Assembly (NCBI GenBank): GCA_049510295.1
Contig: JBEKZC010000005.1
Coordinates: 17,546 to 81,545 of the forward strand
Direction: 5' to 3'
Source of the DNA: Verrucomicrobiota bacterium
Lineage (GTDB): Bacteria > Verrucomicrobiota > Verrucomicrobiia > Limisphaerales > UBA11358
DNA length: 64,000 bases
Part shown: positions 37,968 through 46,630 of the stretch, in pieces
Layout: each line of letters opens with the position of its first letter
Numbering within the stretch: position 1 is the stretch's first letter
The notes under the pieces: model-generated
What the model was told of the DNA's origin: nothing
Databases searched by the model: none
The model's input: only the letters and a program-made list of their open reading frames with translations
Made by a program: the position numbers and the translations under genes

Positions 37968-38008
37968 CGGGGCGACGTTCTTGACGGGCGTTGCCCCGTG
38001 TCATTTTA
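37968..38008 (+). terminator. candidate intrinsic terminator after the RRM gene
   Basis: CGGGGCGACG...CGTTGCCCCG stem followed by tgtcatttta. Confidence 0.45.
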
Positions 38009-38067
38009 TGGCGCGGATTTTTTATTGGCTTTAACGGTGCCGAGTTGGATAAGATTCGCTTTCATTC

Positions 38068-38280
38068 ATGGAAGAACACATACAAATCGAGGGACGCATT
38101 TTGACGGTGTTGGCCGGAACGATGTTTCGCGTCGAACTGGACAATAAACACCAGGTCCTCGCGACAATTTCCGGCAAGATGCGCAAACGATTTGTCCGTC
38201 TCACCGCGGGCGACCGTGTGAAAATGGAAATGTCGCAGTACGATTTAAACAAGGCACGCATCGTCTGGCGATTGGGCTGA
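38068..38280 (+). CDS. infA: translation initiation factor IF-1
   Basis: 70 aa: IQIEGRILTVLAGTMFRVELDNKHQVLATISGKMRKRFVRLTAGDRVKMEMSQYDLNKARIVWR. Confidence 0.95.
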   Translation: MEEHIQIEGRILTVLAGTMFRVELDNKHQVLATISGKMRKRFVRLTAGDRVKMEMSQYDLNKARIVWRLG

Positions 38281-38347
38281 ATTGACGGGGGAAATTTCAT
38301 TGCGGCCGGGCTTGCGTCTGCAAGCGGCCAGCAACAGCTTTTACTGC

Positions 38348-39031
38348 ATGAACGCCGCCATTCTTGTCGCCGCCGGCAGAGGCATCCGCATGGGCGCGGA
38401 TGTGGACAAATTGTTTCTCGAAGTGGCCGGACGCCCGGTCGTCGCGCACACCTGGCAGCGGTTCGATGGCGCGAAGTGCATCGGTGAAATTATTCTCGTC
38501 GTTCGCGACGGGATGGAAAAAAACTTCCTGGAACTTGCGGCAAAATTTCATTTTCAAAAACCATTTCGTGTCGTCGTTGGCGGGACGGAACGGCAGGATT
38601 CGGTCTGGAACGGTCTGGAGGCGTTGTCGGTGACGGCGGAAATTGTGGCCATTCAGGATGCGGCGCGCCCCTGCACGAGCGGGGAGTTGATTGCCGCAAC
38701 AGTCAAGGCGGCGGATGAAAGCGGCGCCGCGGTGGCGGCAAAACCGGTAACGGACACCATCAAGAAATCCGATGACGGCAGATTCATTCAGCGCACGCTC
38801 GACCGGTCACGGCTTTGGACGGTGCAAACGCCCCAGACATTTCGGGTCGAGGTGATTCGCCGGGCGCTGGCGGAAGCGCGCCGTCGCAAATTGATTTTCA
38901 CCGACGACACGTCGGCGTGTGAATTGATTGGCCAGCCGGTTCGGCTGGTGTCCAGCGTGGCGCCGAATCCGAAAGTCACGGTGCCGGGCGATTTATCGTT
39001 CATTGAGACGTTGTTGAAAGGCGGCGTTTGA
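38348..39031 (+). CDS. ispD: 2-C-methyl-D-erythritol 4-phosphate cytidylyltransferase
   Basis: AAILVAAGRGIRMG, GGTERQDSV, AIQDAARP and VQTPQTF. The start was moved to the ATG at 38348. Confidence 0.9.
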   Translation: MNAAILVAAGRGIRMGADVDKLFLEVAGRPVVAHTWQRFDGAKCIGEIILVVRDGMEKNFLELAAKFHFQKPFRVVVGGTERQDSVWNGLEALSVTAEIVAIQDAARPCTSGELIAATVKAADESGAAVAAKPVTDTIKKSDDGRFIQRTLDRSRLWTVQTPQTFRVEVIRRALAEARRRKLIFTDDTSACELIGQPVRLVSSVAPNPKVTVPGDLSFIETLLKGGV

Positions 39032-39127
39032 TCCGGAACGCCCCGCACCCCGGCTGTTCCAGTAGTGAGTCAATTTGATGAAAGCTGGTGGACGGATGGA
39101 GACGAAATCACAAGCAAAACCCCAAAC

Positions 39128-39239
39128 CCCAAACCATAATGACTAAAGAATGCTCAAACAACCAGGTGGCCAAACCGGCCCACCTCCACCGCGCATTCGA
39201 GCTTCGGACTTTGGGTTTCTTTCGTCATTATGGTTTGGG
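39128..39239. repeat. long hairpin (23-bp arms, 1 mismatch) in the ispD-ctp spacer
   Basis: cccaaaccataatgacTaaagaa (39128-50) pairs with ttctttCgtcattatggtttggg (39217-39), with a 66-nt loop. It is flanked by ccccaaa and gtcattc short tandem repeats. Confidence 0.75.
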
Positions 39240-39403
39240 AATTAGTCATTCCGCGAAGCGGCTTGGTTTGGTCATTCGTCATTCCCTGGAGATGCGCGTT
39301 TCACGGAGACACCCTCGCCCCATCGGTTTGAATCAAAATAACCCACCACCCCATTCCCAAATACTTGGTGTTCGGACGCCTTTGTGGTAGTTTTCCCCCG
39401 TTT

Positions 39404-40732
39404 ATGAGACGACGTTTGATTTATGGTTTGGTGATTGTGGCGCTGGTGTTGAATCTGGCGATTGGCGCGCGGATTTATCTGGGGTCGGCGCACGCGGCGG
39501 GCAAGCAGGACGCGGTGTATCCGAATCTGGAGTTGTTCGCCGACGTGCTTGAAAAGGTGCGCAAGGAATATGTGGACGGCCAGAATCTGACGTATCATGA
39601 CTTGGTTTACTCGTCGCTCAAGGGCATGGTCGGCTCGCTGGATCCTCACAGCGAATTCATGGACGTGAATGATTACCAGCAATTGCAGAACGACACGGAA
39701 GGACGCTTCGGCGGACTCGGCCTCGTCGTTTCGATGAGGGACAATTATGTGACCGTCGTTGCGCCAATGGAGGACACGCCTGGATTTCGCGCGGGAATTT
39801 TGCCCGACGACCGCATCATCAAGATTGACGGCAAGAGCGCTGAAAAAATGTCGTTGCCGGAAGCGGTGAAACTGCTTCGTGGCGATCCGGACACGAAGGT
39901 GACGGTGACCATTCAGCGTCCGTCGTCGGGTCTGGTCAAGGATTTCACGCTCACGCGCGCCATCATCAAGATGGACATGGTCAAGGACATCAATGGCAAA
40001 AAGGAATTCCCGCTCGGTGATGACAAAATTGGCTATGTCCGCATCACGGAATTCGGCGACAAAGCCGGTGAAGAACTCGAAGCCGCCTTGAACAAACTGA
40101 AAGCGGAGGGGATGAAGGCATTGATTATTGATTTGCGCTGGAATCCCGGCGGCTTGCTGGATGAGGCAGTGGAAGTTTGCGGGAAATTTCTGCCTCGCGG
40201 CCAGCTGGTCGTCACCACCGAAGGACGCGATCCCAGCCAGAATTCCGTCCGCCGTGCCGGTGGCAGCGGCGATGAATTTGCCAGCAAGGATGGTTCCCCC
40301 AAGCCGATGGTCGTGCTGGTCAATCTCGGCAGCGCGAGCGCGGCGGAAATCGTCACCGGCTGTTTGCAGGATTTGCACCGCGCGGTCATTCTCGGCGAAA
40401 AAACCTTCGGCAAAGGCTCGGTGCAAAGCATTTTTCCGCTCGATGACGGCTCGGCGCTGAAACTCACAACCGCCAAATATTACACGCCCAGTCACAAGGT
40501 CATTCACCAGCATGGCATCACGCCGGACATCGAAGTGCCCATGACCGAGGAACAGGAAGCGGCTTTGTTGCTGAAACGCGCGCCGGGCGGGATGGCATCC
40601 CTCAGCGAAACCAATCGCGTCAGCATCGAAAACGTTCATGACATCCAGCTCGAACGCGCCCGGGATTTGCTCAAGGGCATTATGCTGTACAGCGAACGCG
40701 CGGATAAGGCGGAAAAAATGGCCGCGAAATAA
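39404..40732 (+). CDS. carboxy-terminal processing protease (S41)
   Basis: PDZ region, LIIDLRWNPGGLL, and NLGSASAAEIVTGCLQD...GEKTFGKGSVQ. The start was moved to the ATG at 39404. Confidence 0.9.
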   Translation: MRRRLIYGLVIVALVLNLAIGARIYLGSAHAAGKQDAVYPNLELFADVLEKVRKEYVDGQNLTYHDLVYSSLKGMVGSLDPHSEFMDVNDYQQLQNDTEGRFGGLGLVVSMRDNYVTVVAPMEDTPGFRAGILPDDRIIKIDGKSAEKMSLPEAVKLLRGDPDTKVTVTIQRPSSGLVKDFTLTRAIIKMDMVKDINGKKEFPLGDDKIGYVRITEFGDKAGEELEAALNKLKAEGMKALIIDLRWNPGGLLDEAVEVCGKFLPRGQLVVTTEGRDPSQNSVRRAGGSGDEFASKDGSPKPMVVLVNLGSASAAEIVTGCLQDLHRAVILGEKTFGKGSVQSIFPLDDGSALKLTTAKYYTPSHKVIHQHGITPDIEVPMTEEQEAALLLKRAPGGMASLSETNRVSIENVHDIQLERARDLLKGIMLYSERADKAEKMAAK

Positions 40733-40836
40733 AATGAGACCTCTGCAAAACGGGCGTAGCGGCTTTCGGCAGAAAGCCGGCCAATTCAATTTTCCGAATA
40801 AATACGGCGGTCTGCCGACACGCCGCTACGATAAAC

Positions 40837-41970
40837 ATGACGGTTCTTGCCCTTGAAACTTCCTGTGACGAAACCAGCGCCGCCGTTGTGCGCGACGGCA
40901 GGGTTTTGTCCAGCACCGTTTCCTCGCAAATCAAGTTGCACGCCGAATACGGCGGCGTCGTGCCGGAACTTGCCGCCCGCGAACATCTGCGGAATTTGAT
41001 TCCCGTCGTGCAAACCGCGTTACGCGATGCGGGTGTGCCGCCGGGACAACTCGACGCTGTTGCTGCCACGCAAGGACCGGGTTTGCCGATGGCCTTGCTC
41101 GTCGGATTCAAAGCGGCGCAAGCCGTCGCGTTTGCCTTGCGGAAGCCATTCATGGGCATCAACCATCACGAAGCGCATTTGTATTCACCCTGGATTTCTC
41201 AACAACCAGTGCCACTCCCTGTAGCCGCGGACGTCAGTCCGCGCACTTTAAGTTCAATGAAAGTCAGCGCCGACTCATGTCGGCGGCTACGGTTCAGGGA
41301 CTCAATGCGCGGAATTTTCTTTGCCGACTTTGCCGCCTTTCAACCAAACGTTTCGCTCATTGTCAGCGGCGGGCACACGATGCTCGTGCGGGTGGAATCC
41401 GAATTGAAACATCGCGTGCTCGGTTCGACGGTGGACGACGCAGCGGGCGAATGTTTCGACAAAACCGGCAAGCTCATGGGGCTGCCATATCCCGCCGGAC
41501 CGGAAATTGACCGGCTGGCAGAGCAGGGGAATCCCAAGGCGTATCATTTTCCGCGACCTTTGCTTAATGACCCCGGTGACGACTTCAGCTTCAGTGGCTT
41601 GAAAACCTCCGTGCGCTATTTTCTCCGCGATCATCCGGGGATTTTGGATGACGCGCAACGGGTGCGCGATTTGTGCGCCAGCATCCAGGCGGCGATTGTC
41701 GAGGTGCTCGTGAAAAAAACCATCCGCGCGGCGAAGCGAAACCACGTCCGTTGTGTGACTGCCTCCGGAGGCGTTACCTGCAATCGCGCCTTGCGTCGCG
41801 AACTGGCGCGCGCGTGCGAGCGTGAAGGTTTAACGCTGCGTCTCGCGGAAAAAAGTCTTTGCACCGACAACGCGGCGATGATCGGCATACTGGCCGAACG
41901 AAAATTGGCGCATCAAATTCCGGCTTCAACCTTCGACGAGGAAATCAAACCTAGCTGGGTTCTTGCTTGA
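40837..41970 (+). CDS. tsaD: tRNA N6-adenosine threonylcarbamoyltransferase TsaD (carries an in-frame repeat insertion)
   Basis: LALETSCDETSAAV, HAEYGGVVPE, GINHHEAHL, VSGGHT, DDAAGECFDKTGK and CTDNAAMI. Confidence 0.93.
   Translation: MTVLALETSCDETSAAVVRDGRVLSSTVSSQIKLHAEYGGVVPELAAREHLRNLIPVVQTALRDAGVPPGQLDAVAATQGPGLPMALLVGFKAAQAVAFALRKPFMGINHHEAHLYSPWISQQPVPLPVAADVSPRTLSSMKVSADSCRRLRFRDSMRGIFFADFAAFQPNVSLIVSGGHTMLVRVESELKHRVLGSTVDDAAGECFDKTGKLMGLPYPAGPEIDRLAEQGNPKAYHFPRPLLNDPGDDFSFSGLKTSVRYFLRDHPGILDDAQRVRDLCASIQAAIVEVLVKKTIRAAKRNHVRCVTASGGVTCNRALRRELARACEREGLTLRLAEKSLCTDNAAMIGILAERKLAHQIPASTFDEEIKPSWVLA
41221..41310. repeat. GTAG-type REP doublet, family 1b, in frame inside tsaD
   Basis: gtagccgcggacgtcagtccgcgc...gcgccgactcatgtcggcggctac + ggttcagggactcaatgc. 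It shares its ends with the intergenic copy at 25413. It is translated as VAADVSPRTLSSMKVSADSCRRLRFRDSMRG. Confidence 0.85.
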
Positions 41971-41989
41971 GTCGAGAAATGCGTCACAC

Positions 41990-44683
41990 ATGGCTGACCG
42001 TTTGCCCATTTACGAAATCGAGCGCGACATCGTCGTCCGGCTGAAAGCCGGCCGGCGGCTGATTTTGTCCGCGCCGACCGGTTCCGGCAAATCCACGCAG
42101 GTGCCGCAGATGCTGCTCCGGCACGGACTGCTCGGCGACGGGCAGGTGGTGATTCTTCAGCCGCGCCGGCTGGCTACGCGGTTGCTCGCGTCGCGCGTGG
42201 CGCAGGAACTCGGCGTCCAGCTTGGCAACGAAATCGGCTACCAAATCCGCTTCGAAAATGTCACGTCGCCGCAGACGAAAATCCGTTTTGTGACGGAAGG
42301 CGTTTTGTTGCGGCAGATGATTGACGATCCAAAGCTGCGCGGCGTTGCCGTCTTGATCTTCGACGAATTTCACGAGCGGCATCTTTACGGCGACATCACG
42401 CTGGCGCGCGCACTGGATTTGCAGGAGCAGCACCGGCCCGACCTGAATCTCATCGTCATGTCCGCCACGCTCGATGCAGAGTTGCTGGAGGATTATCTTT
42501 CCCAATGTAGCAGCGGACGTGAGTCCGCTCATTCTTCTTCGGCGGAAAGTCAGAGCCGACTCACGTCGGCTGCTACAAATAATTTTCGCTGCTCCATCCT
42601 TTCCTCTGAAGGCCGGGTGTTCCCGGTTGAAATCAAATATGCCGCGGAGCCGGGTTACACGGGCAAACGCCCGGTTTGGGAACAGGCTGCCGAGGCCTTC
42701 AGCCACTACGTCGGCTCCGGTGGGGAAGGGGACGTGCTGGTGTTCATGCCGGGAGGTTATGAGATTTCGCAGACCATCGAGGCCATCCGGCACACTTCGG
42801 AGTCGAAAGGTTTTATTTTGCTTCCGTTGCACGGTGAACTTTCGCCCAAAGACCAGGACGCCGCAGTGGCGCGTTACGGTCAGCGTAAAGTGGTCGTTTC
42901 CACCAATGTCGCCGAGACCTCGCTGACCATTGACGGCATCCGGCTGGTGATTGACAGCGGGCTGGCGCGCATTCCGCGTTACGATCCGTATCGCGGCATC
43001 AATACGCTGCTCATCGAAAAGATCAGCCAATCGTCCGCCGACCAGCGCACGGGTCGGGCGGGTCGCACCGTGCCGGGTGTTTGCATGAGGCTTTGGTCGC
43101 GGGAGGAACATGGACATCGGCTGGTTCAGGAACTGCCCGAAATCAAGCGGCTTGATCTGGCCGAAGTGGTGCTCACGCTCAAAGCCGCCGGGGTCGAAGA
43201 TTTGCGGAAATTCCGCTGGCTCGAAAAGCCGGACGAAATTTCGCTCACCCATGCGGAGGAATTGTTGCTGGATTTGGGTGCGCTCCAACGTAGGACAGGC
43301 GTCCCGCCTGTCTCCAATCAATTTCCCGCTCAAGCGCAACAGAAAGTTGGAGACAGGCTGGAAGCCTGTCCTACGTTAATAACCTCCATCGGCTGCAAGA
43401 TGCTCGCCTTTCCGCTACATCCGCGCTACTCGCGCATGTTGCTCGCGGCGCAGGAATACGGCTGCGTTCATCAAGCCTGCCTCGTTGCCGCGCTCACGCA
43501 GGGGCGCGATTTGCTTTTGCGGAATGTGGACCGCGACACGAATTCGTTCCGTGAGGATTTGCTCGGCGACAAGCCGTCGTCCGACTTCTGGATTCTCATG
43601 CGCGCGTGGACTTATGCGGCCAAAAACCAATTCCGCCTCGACGCCTGCCGCCGGCTTGGCATCCACGCCGTGACCGCGCGGCAGGTCGGGCCGTTGTTCG
43701 AACAGTTCCTTCGCATCGCCAAAGATGAAGGTCTCGATGTAAAAGCACGGGAAGTGAAAGATGATGCTTTGCAAAAGTGCATTCTCATCGGGTTTTCCGA
43801 CCGCGTGGCGCGCCGGCTCGACCAGGGCACACTCCGTTGTGAATTGGTTCATAATCGTCGCGGTGTGCTGGCGCGTGAAAGCGCCGTGCAACACAGTCCC
43901 TTGTTCGTTGCCGCCGAAGTCCGCGAAGTCGAGGGCAGGGAAGTGAACACCATTCTTTCCCTGGCCACCGCCATTGAAGTGGACTGGTTGCGCGAACTGT
44001 TCCCCGAAGACATGGAGTCGGATTTGCATGTCCAATTCGATTCAACGGCAAAACGGGTGCAAGCTGCGGAATTGTTGAAGTTTCGCGGCTTGGCGTTGTC
44101 GGCCAAACGCGTTGAACCGCCGCCGGCCGACATGGCGGCACGATTGCTGGCCGATGAGATAATTGCCGGACGATTGCCGTTGCCGAATTGGGATCACAGT
44201 GTCGAGCAATGGCTGTTGCGGCTGCGCCTGCTTTGCCAGCATTGTCCCGAGCTCCAGCTTCCGCCCATCACCGAAGATGACCGCAAGCACATCATCGGGC
44301 AGCTTTGCCACGGCGCGGTGAGCTACAAGGACATCAAGGAACGTGAAGTAAAACCGGTCGTGATGTCGTGGCTGTCCGAGGCGCAGCGCGGGTTGCTGGA
44401 CAAGCACGCGCCGGAGCGGTTGACGCTGCCAAACGGCCGCACGCCGAAGGTCGCTTACGAGGCAACCGGCTTGCCGCATATTTCGTTGCGCATCCAGGAG
44501 CTTTACGACGTGACCCAGACGCCGAAGATTGCGCTGGGGCGCGTGCCGGTGCTGGTCCACATTCTGACCCCGGGCATGAAGCCGATCCAGATTACACAGG
44601 ACCTGACCAGTTTCTGGCGTGAGCACTATCCGCGCATCAAATCCGAGTTGCAGCGGAAATATCCGAAACACCTGTGGCGATGA
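41990..44683 (+). CDS. hrpB: ATP-dependent RNA helicase HrpB (DEAH box; carries two in-frame repeat insertions)
   Basis: APTGSGKST, FDEFHERH, MSATLD, VVSTNVAETSLTI, QRTGRAGR and a C-terminal HrpB-type domain. The start was chosen at the ATG at 41990. Confidence 0.9.
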   Translation: MADRLPIYEIERDIVVRLKAGRRLILSAPTGSGKSTQVPQMLLRHGLLGDGQVVILQPRRLATRLLASRVAQELGVQLGNEIGYQIRFENVTSPQTKIRFVTEGVLLRQMIDDPKLRGVAVLIFDEFHERHLYGDITLARALDLQEQHRPDLNLIVMSATLDAELLEDYLSQCSSGRESAHSSSAESQSRLTSAATNNFRCSILSSEGRVFPVEIKYAAEPGYTGKRPVWEQAAEAFSHYVGSGGEGDVLVFMPGGYEISQTIEAIRHTSESKGFILLPLHGELSPKDQDAAVARYGQRKVVVSTNVAETSLTIDGIRLVIDSGLARIPRYDPYRGINTLLIEKISQSSADQRTGRAGRTVPGVCMRLWSREEHGHRLVQELPEIKRLDLAEVVLTLKAAGVEDLRKFRWLEKPDEISLTHAEELLLDLGALQRRTGVPPVSNQFPAQAQQKVGDRLEACPTLITSIGCKMLAFPLHPRYSRMLLAAQEYGCVHQACLVAALTQGRDLLLRNVDRDTNSFREDLLGDKPSSDFWILMRAWTYAAKNQFRLDACRRLGIHAVTARQVGPLFEQFLRIAKDEGLDVKAREVKDDALQKCILIGFSDRVARRLDQGTLRCELVHNRRGVLARESAVQHSPLFVAAEVREVEGREVNTILSLATAIEVDWLRELFPEDMESDLHVQFDSTAKRVQAAELLKFRGLALSAKRVEPPPADMAARLLADEIIAGRLPLPNWDHSVEQWLLRLRLLCQHCPELQLPPITEDDRKHIIGQLCHGAVSYKDIKEREVKPVVMSWLSEAQRGLLDKHAPERLTLPNGRTPKVAYEATGLPHISLRIQELYDVTQTPKIALGRVPVLVHILTPGMKPIQITQDLTSFWREHYPRIKSELQRKYPKHLWR
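42507..42576. repeat. GTAG-type REP doublet, family 1a, in frame inside hrpB
   Basis: gtagcagcggacgtgagtccgctc...agagccgactcacgtcggctgctac. It is nearly identical to the intergenic copy at 48116-48184. It is translated as CSSGRESAHSSSAESQSRLTSAAT. Confidence 0.9.
43287..43376. repeat. GTAG-type REP doublet, family 3, exactly 90 nt, in frame inside hrpB
   Basis: AACGTAGGACAGGCgtcccGCCTGTCTCC ... GGAGACAGGCtggaaGCCTGTCCTACGTT. A partial copy lies at 46607-46636. It is translated as QRRTGVPPVSNQFPAQAQQKVGDRLEACPT. Confidence 0.85.
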
Positions 44684-44714
44684 AATTAGGGATTAAATAT
44701 ACGAAGTGAACGAA

Positions 44715-44776
44715 CCCCTCGCCCCGTCCCTCTCCCCGCCCAGCGGGAAGAGGGTGGCCGCTGGCCGGGAGAGGGG
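44715..44776. repeat. CCCTCTCCCC/GGGAGAGGGG palindromic repeat
   Basis: Hairpin in the hrpB-downstream spacer. Related motifs in both orientations lie at 47871-47905 and 48063-48092. Confidence 0.6.
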
Positions 44777-44795
44777 TGATGATTGATAACCCGCG

Positions 44796-45317
44796 ATGAA
44801 TAAAAAATCTTCAACCGATTTTGTTTCACGGCTTTGCCCGAAGTGCGGGCTATGCTGCAACAGCGTTTTGTTTGCCGACGCGGAATTGCGAAAAGGCGAT
44901 GACGCCCAACGACTGGCTGAACTTGGGTTGTCGTTGGAGAAAAAAGGCCGCCAACGGGCTTTCGCGCAGCCGTGCGCCTGTTTCGATGGCAGGCTTTGCC
45001 GGGTTTATGCGGAGCGTCCCGTGCGTTGCCGGACATTTGAATGTGGTTTGTTGAAGCGCGTTCAGGCTGGTGAGCTTGACGCAGATATGGCGTTGGAAAC
45101 GATTGCCCAAGCCAAACGTCAGGTGGAAAAAGTTTGTGAACTATTGCGCCCCGCGGGTTCGGGTGACGGGCAACTCGCGTTGAGTCATCGCTACGAACGG
45201 GCCATGAGCGAGCCAGTTGATTTATCCGGCGGAAAAGCGTCAGCCGGATTGCCCGGTAAACTGATGACAACCTATCGTGATTTGATGCAGACGCTTCAGG
45301 GTGATTTCCTGAAGTAA
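44796..45317 (+). CDS. YkgJ-family cysteine-cluster protein
   Basis: CPKCGLCCNSVLF ... CACFDGRLCRVYAERPVRCRTFEC. Confidence 0.7.
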   Translation: MNKKSSTDFVSRLCPKCGLCCNSVLFADAELRKGDDAQRLAELGLSLEKKGRQRAFAQPCACFDGRLCRVYAERPVRCRTFECGLLKRVQAGELDADMALETIAQAKRQVEKVCELLRPAGSGDGQLALSHRYERAMSEPVDLSGGKASAGLPGKLMTTYRDLMQTLQGDFLK

Positions 45318-45318
45318 C

Positions 45319-46053
45319 TTACGGATACTGCTGCTGGATGGAGCGATTGGCCATGCGACCGCGCATAACCGCATACCAGTACAACGCCCGAAACGGATAA
45401 AGCGGAATCGAACGGACAAATTGCATCCGCAGGCGTATGGCGTTGAGCAAAACCTGTTCGTAAGGCATGGTCAGTGCCTTCCATTTAAGGCCAAATTTAT
45501 TCACGAGATACGCTTCAGCTTCCAGGTGCCGTCGCCAGGCTTCGTCCGGCGAGACATTGGGAAAACTTTGCTGATACTGGTTTGGACGTTGAGGAAACAT
45601 GCCGATGCTCCCGCTGGTGCTGGTATCCAGGCAGGTAAAGTTGGTGTCGTCAAAGTAGGTTTCGATGGAGAAAGTCACTTTTTGATGAAAATAGAAGGAG
45701 AAAAATCGCTGAGCATCCCTTTGTCGGAAGGTGGCCACTTGGATCGAGCCGAACTGAAAGCTGGTCAGATGCTGGAGGTCGTTCGCATTCAGCCAATCCT
45801 GATAGCCTGACAGTATTTGTTGTTTATCTGCACTCAAACCGCCGGGAAGCGAATGCATCATGTTCTCCGGTTCACTCATTTTCCGAACCAGAAAATATAC
45901 CTGTCCGGCGATGATAAAGGGCACGGCAGCAATAAAGAGCCAAAAGGAGTTGTCAAAAATAAATCCAGAGGAATGCATGGACCGCAAAATAATCAGTTCG
46001 CTTTGAATGTAAAGCCCGTCGGCAGGACGGCGGGGCATGGCGGTCGCATTCAT
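45319..46053 (-). CDS. hypothetical membrane protein
   Basis: 244 aa with one or two TM segments (FWLFIAAVPFIIAGQVYFLV). GC is lower (by eye). No motif was recognised. Confidence 0.5.
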   Translation of the reverse strand: MNATAMPRRPADGLYIQSELIILRSMHSSGFIFDNSFWLFIAAVPFIIAGQVYFLVRKMSEPENMMHSLPGGLSADKQQILSGYQDWLNANDLQHLTSFQFGSIQVATFRQRDAQRFFSFYFHQKVTFSIETYFDDTNFTCLDTSTSGSIGMFPQRPNQYQQSFPNVSPDEAWRRHLEAEAYLVNKFGLKWKALTMPYEQVLLNAIRLRMQFVRSIPLYPFRALYWYAVMRGRMANRSIQQQYP

Positions 46054-46116
46054 TGGGGTACGGAAACATTTCAGGCGAAACGTTGGACACTTGCCGCATC
46101 TGCCAATGGGATTGGC

Positions 46117-46425
46117 CTAGGCCAATATCCTGCGGGACATTTTTTTTGTGAGTGTCACCCGCCAGGGATCGTCGTCGGCGTAGCTCACCTTGGCAAACCA
46201 GAGGTAATAAAACTCACCATTGTCTTCAAACATCCACTGCTGCACCGGGTCCCCGGCTTTCATCCGGAACGTCATGCCGGGCTGGCTGCCCCAATCCGAA
46301 CCCAAGGGCACTTCTGAATCCTCCATTTCCGCCGGCCCGCCTAGCAGTTCCAACACCTGGGAGGGGCTCCAACCTCCCTTGATTTGGCCGAACTTTTTTT
46401 TGAATGACGGTTTGAACCACAACAT
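46117..46425 (-). CDS. small hypothetical protein
   Basis: The listed 249-aa ORF was trimmed to the ATG at 46425, because its upstream part overlaps the aminotransferase gene. 102 aa remain. Confidence 0.4.
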   Translation of the reverse strand: MLWFKPSFKKKFGQIKGGWSPSQVLELLGGPAEMEDSEVPLGSDWGSQPGMTFRMKAGDPVQQWMFEDNGEFYYLWFAKVSYADDDPWRVTLTKKMSRRILA

Positions 46426-46630
46426 ATGTCGGACTGTCTGTTTGACCCAAATTGAACCCCGACTGGCTGGAGGGGCAAGAAGAAACCGGCAGGAGCAAGT
46501 GATTCTGCCGTTGCCGACCACCGGTGTGCTTGATGACACTACATTTTGTTCGAACTCTGCGGCGGCAGCGGTCCGCTGGCGAGTCACGGTCACAGCAAAG
46601 CGCTTTTGAGAACAGGCTGGAAGCACTGTC

